In this document: in pieces, positions 47,858-61,320 of the stretch | How positions within the stretch are numbered: position 1 is the stretch's first letter | Layout: each line of letters starts with the position of its first letter | Translations under genes and position numbers: made by a program | From: Callorhinchus milii | Taxonomy: Eukaryota | Length of the DNA stretch: 64,000 nt | Reading direction: 5' to 3' | NCBI RefSeq assembly: GCF_018977255.1 | Contig: NW_024704742.1 | Location: 93,684,001 to 93,748,000, forward strand | Notes under the pieces: model-generated | Seen by the model: only the letters and a program-made list of their open reading frames with translations | Databases searched by the model: none | Told to the model about the DNA's origin: nothing

Positions 47858-50800
47858 ATAATGGATAACTGGTAGAAATAACAAAGTATAATTAATTCAG
47901 AAAATATCACCATGCACAAGTAATTGCAAGTTTAGAATATAACCTTGACCACAATCTCTCTCGCTCCCTATTTATTTTTGCAAGATGTTATGCTTGGGTT
48001 TTATTCTGTTTTTGTCAGTTTTATGCAGGCAGATTGTCAACGTGAATGGCAACTATCAGGGTGTATATCGTTCAGGACTTACATTCATTGCAAACTTATT
48101 TCTGTAAGATAGGCAGGAAAGAGATAGCAAGGGAGGTTGGATGTGATTATTATCATGCCCATAGTGTGAAGGCCGCTACATAAATGCAAATTGTTGTTGT
48201 TGTCACTGAAGGTTTCCAGTCAGTGTAAAGTTGTTCTCATCAAAATAATTAAATACTTGGTTGTATATTGAGGTTCCTTGAATATCATTCAAAATATATT
48301 CCAATTTTGCATAGATCATTGTAAGGACACATTTGGGTATAATCCACAATCTGTACAGAGCTCTGGTTAGGCAACACTTGGAATACTGGTTGCTATTAGC
48401 TTCTCAGGTTGAAAGGCATTCTCGTGCCTTGTTTTTATTAATAATATGCCTATAGTTTATTGTATGACCTCTTTTGCAGATGATGACAATTCACTGGTAC
48501 TTCACCCAAGAAGGCTAATGTGGGTCTACACACGAATGTGAGGTGCCGTACAGTTTAGCTTGATTCCATTCTCACCAGCGAGTAACTGGATAGTAATCAG
48601 TGGGAACATTGACTGATTTTGCCTCCCTCCTTATCCCAGATTGACGACCTCACAGCCACAAACTGGGAACAGTTGGTAACAAGTTCCACAAATGATCAAA
48701 ATGAGAATTTTCATTGATCTCAACCTCGGTGGTCCTCAATCTGGGATGTAACTTAAAAAGTTTCACTGACCACTTCCAATGGTTGAAGAAACTGGCAGAA
48801 AATTCAGTAAAACTAAGATCTTCTGAAGAAGTTGAAGAAAGAATCCAAACTATTGATGACCTTCAATTCTTTGTCAATAAATTACTTCCTTTATAGAAGC
48901 CACATGTCTCATTTCCATTTGCTTAAGTGTTACACTTAAATTATGTCAACGAACATCCATTTTGATGGCTCAACTTACTATTGGTTATAGTTACAACGCA
49001 ATGAATCTTAAAATGGAGCATTAGCAGCTTGAACACATCCTTTGCAGTTACAACTGCAGACCTGTCTAATATGTCTTTACATTTGATAGCCTAAAAATAA
49101 GACCCGCATGGTTAAAGAGCATTAGGCATTACCCTGGGTATGGATCACTTGGCAGGAGCAGAGGGTGAATTCTTGCTAAGAGCAATTTCAGCTGAACGGT
49201 TAAGTGCTTTTTGAAGCTGCTTTATTTCCCAGAGAGAAATGTCCACGTCAAACAATTAATGTTAAAATATTGACTGAAGTTTGTAAAACTGCTCTGCAGT
49301 GATCATTTCACGTGGCCCTGGCTCAGAAAGGATCAGCCACTATAACAGAACAGCTGATGAAAATTTGATAATTTTGAAATTGATTCATGGTTTCTGAGTA
49401 GAAGTGCTGCATTCAGACAGGTGGGAAGCCAAATCTGGCGTGTGAGGGCACAGAGCCCAAAATGGGACATGAGCCAACAGTTAGTTGTGGAATGTGGAGG
49501 ATGCAGCGGGAGATGCCCTCAACAACCAAGATTGCCATTTTTTAAGTAGGAATAGAGTATTCAAATTGGTGGGAAGAAAATGCCTTGTTGATGAGGATAC
49601 AGAGCTCAAGATGGGAAGCAAGCCAGAGGTGCAATGTGGGAGATGCAGAGGGCGCTACCCACACCAACTCAGATCAGTTTCTTTTTGACAAAGATTACCA
49701 CCCAGATTGCAGCAAAAACATTTTTAATCACGTTTTAGTGGAGAATGGCTGATTCTCAATTGAAATATCTTAAGGCAAACTAGGAACCTGGGGGTTTGTT
49801 GTGTAATCCTGTTTATTAAGCAGGGATTTCACTTGCACAGTGCCAGCAGAAATGTTGGCAACCACCATTGCATTCATTTGGAAGAATTCTAATTACTTTA
49901 TAATTATTCAAATTCTGTTTTGATGAATGGAAAGTAGTGCTTTTCAGTGCTTAGGCCACGCATGCGTAGCGTTTAATGCTAAAGAATTGAGAGAAGCGCA
50001 TAATACCTTCTTGCGAGTTTCGAGAAGCTTTGCTATTGTCGCCTGAGATACTCCAACAGGACAAAGCAATTCAATTTGATAGATCGTTGATAATTGGTTC
50101 AGTCAATAAACTGATAATTTGGGTTCAAAATGGTCAAATGTTTTGTGTAGTAAGAAAAATATGTTGCATTATTTTGTGACATTCAAAATTATGACGTCTT
50201 TAAAACTTGAGTTTCGAATGAATCAAACAGAGCAATTTAAACCAACCCACAAAGATCTGTTGTCAGGATGAAAGAGAGCAATGTACATCGCATTAAATAT
50301 CAAACCTATCCAAAGAGCCTGCTTCCCATGGAAAGGGATGCTTAAGAGACGACCGTTGACAAAATTATTTAATTTACTGAATTGGGATGTTGTGATGAGC
50401 TGACCTGAATTAGGATGCTCCCCTTTGTACTGCAGTGGAATGGAAACATTGAAAACGTATTTACAACTGAACTGTGGCTCATTATATACTCACCCCGTAC
50501 AGAGACCTTTTTGTTTAGTTGCTGAGGCAAAATAAGCATGTCAACCAGAAACTATAACTACGTGTTTCATCTCTCTTCAATAAAAGGCTTGATGAGCCTC
50601 TCTTGGCTGCATTTGAACTCGCTCGTACAACAAGTGGGAATTCAGTTTTTTGTTGATGAAGTCCAGATCTAAGGCTTCACTGTGTACCTTGCTTTGTGCT
50701 GCAACAGCAATGTATAATCTCCCACATGCAATTTCTCCCGATATTTTAAAGGATCACAATATGTTAATTCAGAAATTGTACAAATGATATAGCCTATCCC

Positions 50801-53592
50801 TAGTGTTACCACATCAAAATATATGCTTTTGAACAAGCGTTTCACCCACAAAATATACAGTCAATTCATTTCACAATATTTTCTGTGAACCGCTTTGAGA
50901 CATCTTGGAGACATGTTAAGGTGCTATATCAAATGCAAGGATTTATTATTATTATCAAAACTACTGTTTTCCATTTTTAGATTCTTATCCTGCACTATAC
51001 CTCGGTTATGATTTAGTTAACTAACACAAATCAGTTTCGAAAGCTCAGCAGTGTGACCAAGCAGTGTTGATTTCGACTGCAGACCAAGGGCAAGTTGTGA
51101 AGTGTTATACGAATCTCCTCCTATTCTACAGAGCAAAAATGTAGTTCCAATCACCAGGGGTTATTACAGCTATGTAACAAGCACAATTAGAGATTTTTTT
51201 TTGCTTGACTCTTTTTTCTCCTTCGTCCTTCCAGTTTACCTGGGCCAAATTCTGACTTTGTGGTTTAAATGGTTCTCTCCTTGGCCACATTGAATTGTTT
51301 TGAAAACCGTCGCTTTGACATGCAGTGAGGACAATCCAAGCCTAGCCCCCCTCCACACCTTTGTGTCAAAATGCTTGATCTCCGCTCATAGTGTTGTGCC
51401 CAAGACTGGGAATTCCATAGAGTGGGAGAAGTGAAGTTTTGCTGTTTACTGGTATTTTAGCATGCTGGCCCACAGCGCCACCTATTCTGTGTATTGTATG
51501 CATTGATGTGAACTGCTTTGCTCTTATTAATACAGACATAACTGTCTTATAAACCAGATGCGATTTTAAGAAGACAAAGTATTTGCAGTATTGTTACGTG
51601 CAATTCAGTTTGCAATTCTTGAAAAACATAATTTGTGAATGGTACTGGATTTCCATGTGTTCTACTGAAAAAAATATTTCTGGTATTACAATCCCCCGGC
51701 GCTATACTGAAATTCCAGAAACAGCAAAAGAAAAACTGCTATTATTATTAAGGTATAATTTTGCTTACAGCATACATTGTATAAACTAGCAGATGTCAGA
51801 AGCCAGTTAAAACCTATACTTGGGGGATAGGATCATTCCTAAACTGTACCACAATGGATCTAGCCCTCAATTAAACTACAGCTTGTCACTCGCTTTCAGG
51901 TGTTTATTATTCCATATGTTCTTAATTCATTTGCAAAACCTTTTGGCTGTCTTGAGAGTTGAAAATGGGGCATGTTTTGACTTCAAAGCCTTAAAGTCTC
52001 CACATGCAAGGCACTACGGGGATTACAGGGGTGAAATTAAGTACTTGTACCTACCTTTTCCACAACAGTTTTAGACTGTAATCCTGGCTGCATGGATGGT
52101 AAGCACCCGCCAGGACATGGAATACCAGAGGATGGAGATATATTTGCTGATTGTGGTATGGTTTGTTCCTTGGAGACAAACTGTAGCAAGAATCAGGGTG
52201 AATATTCACCCACAAAATTCAGTCACTACACTTAACAGTAAATCCTATGAAATGCTTTTAAGATGTCCTCCCGACGTGAAAGTCACTATACCAAATGCAA
52301 ACATAATTTTATGATATACAGTATTACTAACAGCTCACTGTGATAAGAGTGTGTATTTTTAATAATGGGATATTATTTGCAATAGACCTAAACCAGGTTG
52401 GATGTATTAATTATTACTCTCAGTTGCTGAATATCAGAAGCTGTTTTATTTCAGCGGTTCAGAAAGCACCAAATTGTGAATCCCCCCCAAAAATTGTAAA
52501 AATTCAACCAAAATTCTGCTGAGGACATTTCCTGACTTTTTCATTCAGATTTGTCCAGCGTTATGCATTAAGCCACTTGGTGAATCTTGCAAATTCAAGT
52601 GGCTTCTGGCATTTGTAAACTGTAAGTCATGATTTACAAAAATAATCTGGTTTATAAATATCAAAAATGAGATGCCAATATGATAATCTTTTACATTTTA
52701 GTCTCTCTGTGCACTGTACAGTATATCCATGACCTCATTGTACAGGGAATTCAATTCAAATAAAACAAAACTGCATGAACTAAATTCTCACCAGTATCTA
52801 TTTTAGGAGCAGAAATAAGGTGAAAGAATAGGGTCAATTGTCTATAGGCAAAGCAATTTAGTGAATTATGCAACATTGGCTTTTAAGCCAAATAAAGAGC
52901 AGGTGCAGGGATAGGCTCAATTGTATCTGGAGCATTGCTGATGAAGACATTTGGAGATTCTTTCTCTTTTCAAAAGGTGTTGGGATTTTTAACATGCCCC
53001 TAAACAAGTAAACAGGTATTAATGCCTGAAGGCTGTTTTATACAAGTTTTTACCTGAGTAAAAGTACTGTAATGTAATCAAGGGATGAGCGGGACTTGAA
53101 CCAAGTGAAAAACAGAAGTGATATGAATTAATCAACTTGCGGTTAATTTGCAAATACCAGAATTGTATTTAATTTGAATAAATCCAGATTTATTTAAAAT
53201 CTGGCAGCTGGCATGTGTAGTTGGACAGAATGCCTTCCTGCGGATGTGCACAGCTGTTTCCCTATCTCTGCCATAAGTTATTATAGTGGTGACAGGTGAA
53301 TCCCTGCTGTCCAGACGCAGAAAGGATATGGCTATTATTTTTTTATGTGCAGTATTTATTTTGGTGGATACCTGGTCTGGTGGGGAGTGGATATTCAATT
53401 TTTCATAGAGGTAGAAACAGATTGATCTCTGAAAAGCTAAAATAGGTTACACTATGAATTAAATGTCCACTGTCTACAAGGTCAGCTGATGGAACTCATC
53501 TCCCATGATGAATATGATGGCATGATGAATATCATCGGATTTTTTATGTGAAAAACAAAATCTGACAGCTCAATCTCAAATCACATTGAATT

Positions 53593-53830
53593 AATAATAA
53601 TAATAATCCTGATACATTTGATAAAGCACCTTATCACGTCTTTGAGATGTCGCAAAGTGCTTCACAGAATATACTGTAAAGTGAATTGACTGTAATTTGT
53701 GGGCAAAATGTGGCAGCCAATTGTGCACAACAGTCGTGGATTAATTGACCAAATTTTTTTTACTGTGAAGGGATTAGTACCCCCGGGAAAGCAATCTGCC
53801 AATCGACTAACAACTGGCTTCATACTTTCT
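53593..53830 (-). mobile_element. tRNA-Ala SINE long-form 3' fragment
   Basis: (AAT)n tail; CCAATCGACTAACAACTGG long-form segment. Confidence 0.85.
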
Positions 53831-55289
53831 GCAATTCTCAATTCTGGAACTAATATGATTTCCATGATTTCCACTCCCATCTAGGTTACATATTTTTAAT
53901 CATAGTAGTTATCTCTGAAAATTACCAGTTGGTTGAGATCTCACTTGATGAGTACGGTAAGATACCATTCACTGTCAAGCCTTACACATCAATAATTGTC
54001 ACTTTGGCAAGATACAGGATGGTTACTGTTGTCTGTGAATTGATGAAAAAAAGGTGTTCAATGTTTCAAGAGAAAGAAAGGATTGGCAGAAAAAAGCTAT
54101 TTGAAATCCTATTCATTGTTTTCTTAATCTCTCCAGGGAAAGGTGGAGCATTATTTTGGTTTATTAACTTAATAATCTTTGCAGTTCATATAGCTCCTAT
54201 AACACCAAATGTCTCAATTACGTCTTAATTATTGGTAAGTGTAGTGAATGCGTATTTGTAGGCGAGTGTATCAGTCAATTTGCGTACAGCAATATCGCAT
54301 TAACAGAAAAGAAAGAAATTTATCAAAGATTTCTATAGTAAATATAATGTAAACGGACAATCCTGAATGAAATACACAAAAACCTAAGAAGGAAAAAAGT
54401 AAATGAAGCTGTTCTTAAATTAAAGAGATTTTCATGCATTTTTCATTTATTGAAAATGTGTGGACTCATGTCTTTTGAAGACATGGATTTGATGGATTTA
54501 AGTGTTGTGCAGTGATTACTGATTAAAGGCATTTCCCCACTTTATTGTTTAACGTGATTTTAGAATTCTGAATCTAAGGGTACATTCCTACGCTTGGAAT
54601 GTAGTTATTACATTATGAACAGGATGTAGCTCTTTACATAGTTGACATAGTTCAGCACCGTGTGTGGTGTTTACAGTAAATAATGGCAAACCGGGGCACG
54701 ATCACAACCGGTTTTAACAACCTCTCAAAAACAATGCAAACTGTCGGGTTGGATGTCAGCATTCTTTGTGGTTGTGACTGATAGAGTTTTGCAATAGAGT
54801 AGATGAAACCATAACTCATAGAAAGGGAGTGCATGGAAAGTATTAATACATTGGGCTAATTGGACTGATTGCACTCAAGAGGTTGCTGAAATTAATGTGT
54901 TTATATCTGGAGGGCCAAAAGGGCTTTTCTCATTCTCATTCCAGTGTTCCTTCTATACCTATTTTCAAACAAGAAGCCCAAAGTTCCAACTAGTCTTTGC
55001 CTGCAAACCATTTTGTCTCAATATATATGGCATAAAATACTGCAGTGGAAATTTTAAAATTCAACCTAAATTTACAAGTCAATTGTTTTTATAAACAGTT
55101 CGAAACCAGCTCTTACATCAAGAGCGAATTTGAGAATTTTCCTCAGTTCTACACAATCTTAAATGTTACTCGAATAGGCTAAGACAAGGTGGATTTGGGT
55201 GTTAAAGTGTTGACAATGTATTTTGAATAACCAACTATTGCAGGTAATGTAGCTGTATCATCGGTGCAGACAAGCAAAATGCAGCTTCA

Positions 55290-55710
55290 TAATAACACTT
55301 GCATCTGATGTCTATTATATTATAGCGTCATTATACTAAAAAAACTCAAATCGTTTCACAGGGATTTGCTATAAAATGAAACGATTGTGTGTTTAGAGGT
55401 GGACACAGCAGCCAATTTCATACTATTGATGCACACACAGCCATGAATAACCAATATTTGAACGATTGTTGGACACAAGAGTAGACTTCTTTCTTTTTTC
55501 AAATTGTACCATAGGATCTTTAACGTTCACTTGTACAGGCAGATGAGATCTCGGTTTAACATTTCATCTGAGTGACGTTATCTCCAACAATGGAGTACTC
55601 GCCCAGCATTGCAGTGGAGTGTCAGTCTGGATGATGAATTCTGGGTTCCAACATGGGGCTTGAATCCACAATCTTCTGATTCAGAGACAAATACTATCAT
55701 TTGAGCCAGA
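55290..55710 (-). mobile_element. Old Deu-domain SINE
   Basis: GGATCTTTAACGTTCAC..CAGGCAGA..CTCGGTTTAAC..TGAGCCAGACTG. Confidence 0.75.
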
Positions 55711-56044
55711 CTGCTTTGCCTATGCAAAGGAAGCAACATGTTAATAAATATCTTAAAGCAGACTCTTAAGTTTGCAAAACTTGAAAATCTTGTCCTTTGC
55801 ACTAATACTGTAGACATAGAAAAACAGTTCAAAGATCATCTTGATTTGGTCTATTTTATGAATTGGAAATAATTTCTTCAGTAAATAGGCTCTCCCCCAC
55901 AAAGAAAACAAACATGAGCCGCAAAGAAAAAAAAACTGAGGGCAAATGCATTGGTGTGCTCAATTACAGAGTGTATTTTCTTCTGGAGTTCAGATACCAC
56001 ACATGCTTACTTGCCACATGGTCATCATACCCATTGCATTGCTA

Positions 56045-56417
56045 TGTGGAGTCCTGTAGCGTATTGGTTAGAGTACTTCCCTCCGAGTGCGAAGAGCCAT
56101 GTTCAATTCCTGGGTGGGGCAAAACTTTAGGCAACCTTCCTTATTCCACTCGCCTCCGTTTACCTAGCAGTAGATAGGAACTCAGTTGTTAGTCGATTGG
56201 TGGATCAATTTCTGGGGGTAATAATCCCTTCAAAAAATAATAAGAATTTGGTCACTCAATCCATGACTGCTTGTGGGACACTGCTGTGTGCAATTGGCTG
56301 CCACGTTTCGCCCACAAATGATACAGTCAATTTACTTTACAGTATATTCTGTGAACTCTGAGACGTCTCAATAACGTGATAAGGCGCTATATCAAATGCA
56401 AGGATTATTATTATTAT
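56045..56417 (+). mobile_element. Full-length tRNA-derived SINE, long form
   Basis: GTGGAGTCCTGTAGC head; CCTCCGTTTACCTAGCAGTAGATAGGAAC segment; (ATT)n tail. Confidence 0.9.
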
Positions 56418-57571
56418 CCTTGGTTTGCTTTGTCTGCTCTCATTCTTTTGTTATTCATGTAAATTTTCACCAGTGCTTTTTTTCTTATGTTTTTGCAGCG
56501 TTTTATCCTGTGTATGAAACAAAGTGCTGAAGTTGTTAATAGCTTTCTTTTGTAACAGCTCTCCGTGAGGCGAGGCTTTATTTCTAAACTATCCATGGCT
56601 GCAGTTATGTTACAAGAAAAAGTTACAAAAGCCTTATGTTCAGTCCCGAGAGGGGGCCTACAATCTATGTTTAAATAGCAATTATGGTTGTTAGCTGGTC
56701 CCACAAGGTGATGTCATTTTTCATTGAAAAAGAAGAATGAATGAACACTGCACGCATCTCTTCAACAGGGTATAAACCTCTTCTGCGGGAATCTTCAACA
56801 GGGATCGGCTGTGTTCAATATTTTTATTGTAGAAAAATATATAATTTTTGTTCATTTTCCATGACAGGACTCGTCAGAGATTTGTCTTTAATATGGCACC
56901 TCAGGCGGAACTCCATCCAAGTTTACCCATGCACCATTTAGCACATATTTCGGTCTCCTTCCCACTGCAACCCCTCTCTGCATTACGTGCTGTCGAACAG
57001 AGTCACAATACTTCAAGCACGATCCCATTTTGCAACAAAACAGAAGATGCCTCATAAACCACATATACATTGAGTGATACCAATCCACACATCAACGATG
57101 GAATTTATGTCATTGTAGCTTATTTAGTGGGACTGGGTGTAGCATACCACAGAGCATTTGTGAAAATGTCAATGAATCATCCCATCTTTGTGAAATGAGG
57201 GGCAAAGGGAGACTTACAAACATGTTCGGATTAAATGGGGTAGAAAAGGGTCACAGGAAGAGCAGAACTGTAATACTCATTCCTGCCTCAGGAATTTAGA
57301 ACTATAAATAAACACAATGCCTTGACTGCAAGTCTTTGAACTGCCCCAGTATAAACAGCTGCGACTCTGACACAAAGCGAGAGAGGGAGAAATAAGATGG
57401 AAAAATAAGAGAAAGCGCATGAGGTAATGACGGAGCGGGAGATGGGAAGGATAAGGAAACGAGCGAGCATAGGAAAGAAAATCAGGAGCAAGAGAGGGAA
57501 ACACAGTAACAAAGGAAGGAGAAAAGACTATAAATGGATGTGAAATGAAAAGAGAGCTAACAGGAATAAAG

Positions 57572-58075
57572 GTGTCAGCCTGGCTCAGTTGGTAGCAGTC
57601 TTGCAAGTTAGAAGGTTGTGAGTTCAAGATCCATGTTGGGAATTTGAACTCATAATCTAGGTTGACACACCAATGCCCACTGACAATGCTAAACTGAGGC
57701 TCCATCTGTCTGTTCAGGTAGACGTTAAAGATCCTATGTAGAAAGAAATGGAAGATAAAAGTATTTAGCTGAGTGGTTACAGCACTCGCCTCGCAAGCAA
57801 GAGACCTTGGTTCAATTCCCAGCAGGGCGAAATCTTGGGCAAATTTCCTTACTCCACATGCCTGTTTATAATCCCTCAAGAAAATAAATAAATAGAAAAT
57901 AATAATTTGGTCACTCAATCCACGAATGTTTGTGGGACACTGCTTTGCGCAATTGGTTGCCGCGTTTCTCCCACAAATACACAGTCAATTCACTTTACAG
58001 TATATTTTGTGAAGCGCTTTGAGATGTCTAGAAGACGTGGAAAGTGCTCCATCAAATACAAGGATCATTATTAGT
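57572..58075 (+). mobile_element. Deu SINE 5' part followed by a tRNA-Ala SINE (57763-58075)
   Basis: CAGCCTGGCTCAGTTGGTAGC..GTTCAGGTAGACGTTAAAGATCC, then CACTCGCCTCGCAAGCAAGAGACC.. Confidence 0.8.
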
Positions 58076-58717
58076 ATTTACTTGCGTAAAACAGTCATAC
58101 CAATAAGAATAGTTACAGTTTTGAACCATAATCTGTGTTGAGACGGTGGTGATGCTCCATTGATTGGCGCCAGCTTCTTTTGTGTTGAGAGAGAAGTAAA
58201 ATCCGTCAAGGCCCTCATTCATTTAGGAGTGAAGAGTGTGTAAGAGTGGACAAGATCAAGCTTAACTTTGATGTCTGCTTAGGGTACATAGTTGGCAAGA
58301 ATCCCCACTCGAATGAGGAATCAGAGTTCAGTATGCACCTATTGCCCAAAAGAGCCAACAACTTCAGGAGAAAGCATGAGACAATAGGAGGGAAGATAAC
58401 AATGAAAAAAGAAGGGAACAAAACTGTTGGCAACATTACTGGATTTACATTAGAAGTGAGAGAACGAAACAGGAAAGAAACAGAATTATAACAAGTGTCG
58501 AAAATACAGAATAACTTGCTTTTTGAATTTTCTCCTCATTTTTCCCTTATCAGGTCACATGCCATGGCATGGCTAAGATGGACCTTCAAATGGCCTGTAT
58601 CACACCTCTCCCAGTCCTGCTCTGTAACCTGCCAATAAGATGTCTATGAGGATCTGGAAACTTTTCCCCTTGATTTTCCTTCCTTACATTAGGAGAAGTG
58701 CCTGAAATTCACTTAAA

Positions 58718-59310
58718 CAACAACAAAATTACACTTGTAAAGTGCCTTTCACGTCGGGAGGACATCCCAAGGTGCTGCAGAGTAAGAGTTTTGGACCCGA
58801 GTTGGGGGTTGGGGACGGGGAGGACAGGAGGGGAAGCAGGGTGATGAAAGCACGGTTGAAAAGGAAGGTCTTGAGATGGGTCTTAAAGGAGGCAAGGGAG
58901 GGGGTGAGGGGGAGGGACTGTGGGATGGAGTTCCAGAGGGTGGGGGTAGAATAGCAGAAGGCCCGCCAGCCAATAGTGCGGTGAGCAAGATGGGGGATGT
59001 GAAGCAGGCCGGAGCACGCTGAGCGGAGGGAGTAGGTAGAATGAATGGTACGGGGTTAGGAAGTTAGGTAAGTGGGGAGTGAGGTCATGGAGGGATTTGA
59101 AGGTGAGGACCAGGATCTTGAACAGTATCCTCTGTGTGATGGGAAGCCAATGGAGTCAGACAAGGATGGGGGTGATAGGGTCACTGAGCCTACTGCGGGA
59201 GTGGACATAGGCTGCAGAGTTCTGGATGATCTGCAGTCTATAGAGGGAGGAGTTGGGGAGACCGACAAGCAAGGAGTTTGCACAGTCAAGCCTCAATGTA
59301 ATAAAGAGAA
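58718..59310 (-). mobile_element. L2 3' part (same family as 18891-20040)
   Basis: Shares GGGACTGTGGGATGGAGTTCCAGAGGGTGGGGG and GGAGACCGACAAGCAAGGAGTTTGCA with that copy. Confidence 0.92.
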
Positions 59311-60529
59311 ACTATGACCTCAATGAATTGATGCAAGTCCACATTATCGATCATCCTGGGCCCTCTCGTGATGTCAGGTTTGCTCATTGAGTAGCACGCT
59401 TACTTGTGAGTCTGAAATCCCACATCTGGACTTGAGATTTTATTGACACTCAGTACGGTACTAAAGAAATGTTGCATTGTTTGAGGTGTTATCCTTCAGA
59501 CCAAATGTTAAGTCCTATCCTTCTATTTAGGTGACTATTAAAAATCCCATAATATCGTCCCAGTGCCTTGGGACGTCCTCCCGCATGAAAGCCATTATAC
59601 CATTGTAATTTTGTTGTTGTTGTTGTTGTTCTGGAGAGCAAGATGACCCCTGAAAAAAGATCAACAGCTTATTCATCTCATTGCTATTTATGGGACGTTT
59701 CTGAGGCAGATGAGCTTTAGTGTTTGTCTCTACACCAACAGTAAGTACACTTTAAAAAAACTTATTGTCTGAAGCGCGTTGAGGCATTTTGACATGATAA
59801 GATGCAAATGCAAGTTTTCCCATTGCTTTACAGAGCAATGTCTCACCACCCGGTTGCTAATGATACGCATTATTTGCAATAGTAAAACAGAATTGAATGA
59901 AGGCAAGCAAGTTGTCCACTGTAGGAGTACAAACTGAGCATTGGCGTGCTAAAACATCATACTGTTAAGGATCAGAATGCTAACTCTAAAACCAAATAGG
60001 CCACTAGAATGTTGCCAGTTATTCAATGCAAAATCAAGCCCTTGATAGTGCTCATTTGTTATGGCCTGAAGGTAATTCTCTTTCTCATTGTTTACACCAA
60101 GTCATTTCTAAATATTTTGTTCAGCTCTTAAACTCAGAGACCACACTTCATGCTTGTATATTTATGTCAATGCAGAGCAGCAAATGGCCAGCAGCACGTC
60201 CAGTGCTTGAGTTAACCACTTCTATGCAGGTGTAAGGAGATGTCAGAGGAGAAAAAAAGCTGAAATTTATCATCCCCCTTATCTCAATAAATACATTTCC
60301 AAATATAGACATAATTGCACTGGAATTATGAATCGTAAGATGTGGACATCTGGCAACAGTTAGGCAGCTATATCTGTCATTGTGTTTCGAGTTGTGCGTG
60401 TTTACTTAAATTAATGAGAGCAGAGCACTGAGCGGTCTTGGCTGTTAAAAAACAAGAATGGTCAAAAGTTCAGGTTTATGTTTGACTTGCAATGCAGTAA
60501 AATCTGTATATCTCCCGCCCAATGACTCA

Positions 60530-61320
60530 ACATTGCCCGAGATAGAGGGTGGGCAGTTTGTCTTTGGCAGCATGTAGTGTGATTTAATGGAGAATGAAAA
60601 GTTCGCTTCTTTCATATAAGCCGTTTAACTGAAGTCCCGACTGCCAGTCAGGTGAACGTTAAAGTCCCCTGACAGTATTTCAAAACAAAATAAAATTTCT
60701 CCCAGCGTCCTAGTCAACAATCCCTGTGATTAATTGATCATTTATCTCACAGCTATTTACATAGCGTTACATAGAACATTGCAACACATAAACAGGCCAT
60801 TCGGCCCAAGCAGTCCATGCCAGTATTTATGCTCCACATGAACCTTTACCCCTCTAATCCCCCTTCTCTTACTCCTCTATTCCCTTCTCTGTCATGTATG
60901 GACTATTTTCTCTTAAATACATTCGGAAGCACACAGCTCCTGGCAGTGAGTTGCACACTCTCACCACCCTCTGCATCAAGAAATTCCTCCTAAACTCTAT
61001 TTTAGATCTCCTGCTGGCCATCTTAAAATTATGCTTCCTTTTCTGGACTCATCAACAAGTGGAAACAGTTGAATATTCATCTCATTGAATCCTTTCATCA
61101 TTTTAAGCATCTCTATCAGTTCTCCTTGGAATCAACTCATCTCCAGAGGGAAAAGTTCCAACCTCCACTCCTCCTTGGGAACATCTTAATAAATATAGGC
61201 AGTACTCTCACTCCCCCACACACACACACCTTGCTGTGTGCAAACTGGTTACTGGTTTGTCTGTAAAATGGTCACTACACTTGAGGCAGTATTTACTTGT
61301 GAAGCATTTTGAGATATTTT
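60530..61320. mobile_element. Old Deu SINE (+) split by a CR1 3' end (-, ~60765-61190)
   Basis: CAGGTGAACGTTAAAG..CCTAGTCAACA, then CAGGCCATTCGGCCCAA..CACTCTCACCACCCTCTG; SINE resumes at TTGCTGTGTGCAAACTGG. Confidence 0.7.

Noticed and set aside
48726..48794. GLI-like TCGGTGGTC (and CGCCACCCA at 35423)
   Set aside because: Both lie within what look like hAT-type MITE termini, so they were not counted as enhancer motifs.
53500..53570. C/D-box snoRNA (ATGATGA..CTGA)
   Set aside because: Short, no terminal stem, not within a known host intron; explained by a small CATGATGAATAT duplication.
57277..57918. 213-aa ORF
   Set aside because: Spans antisense SINE sequence and a GA-rich low-complexity tract.
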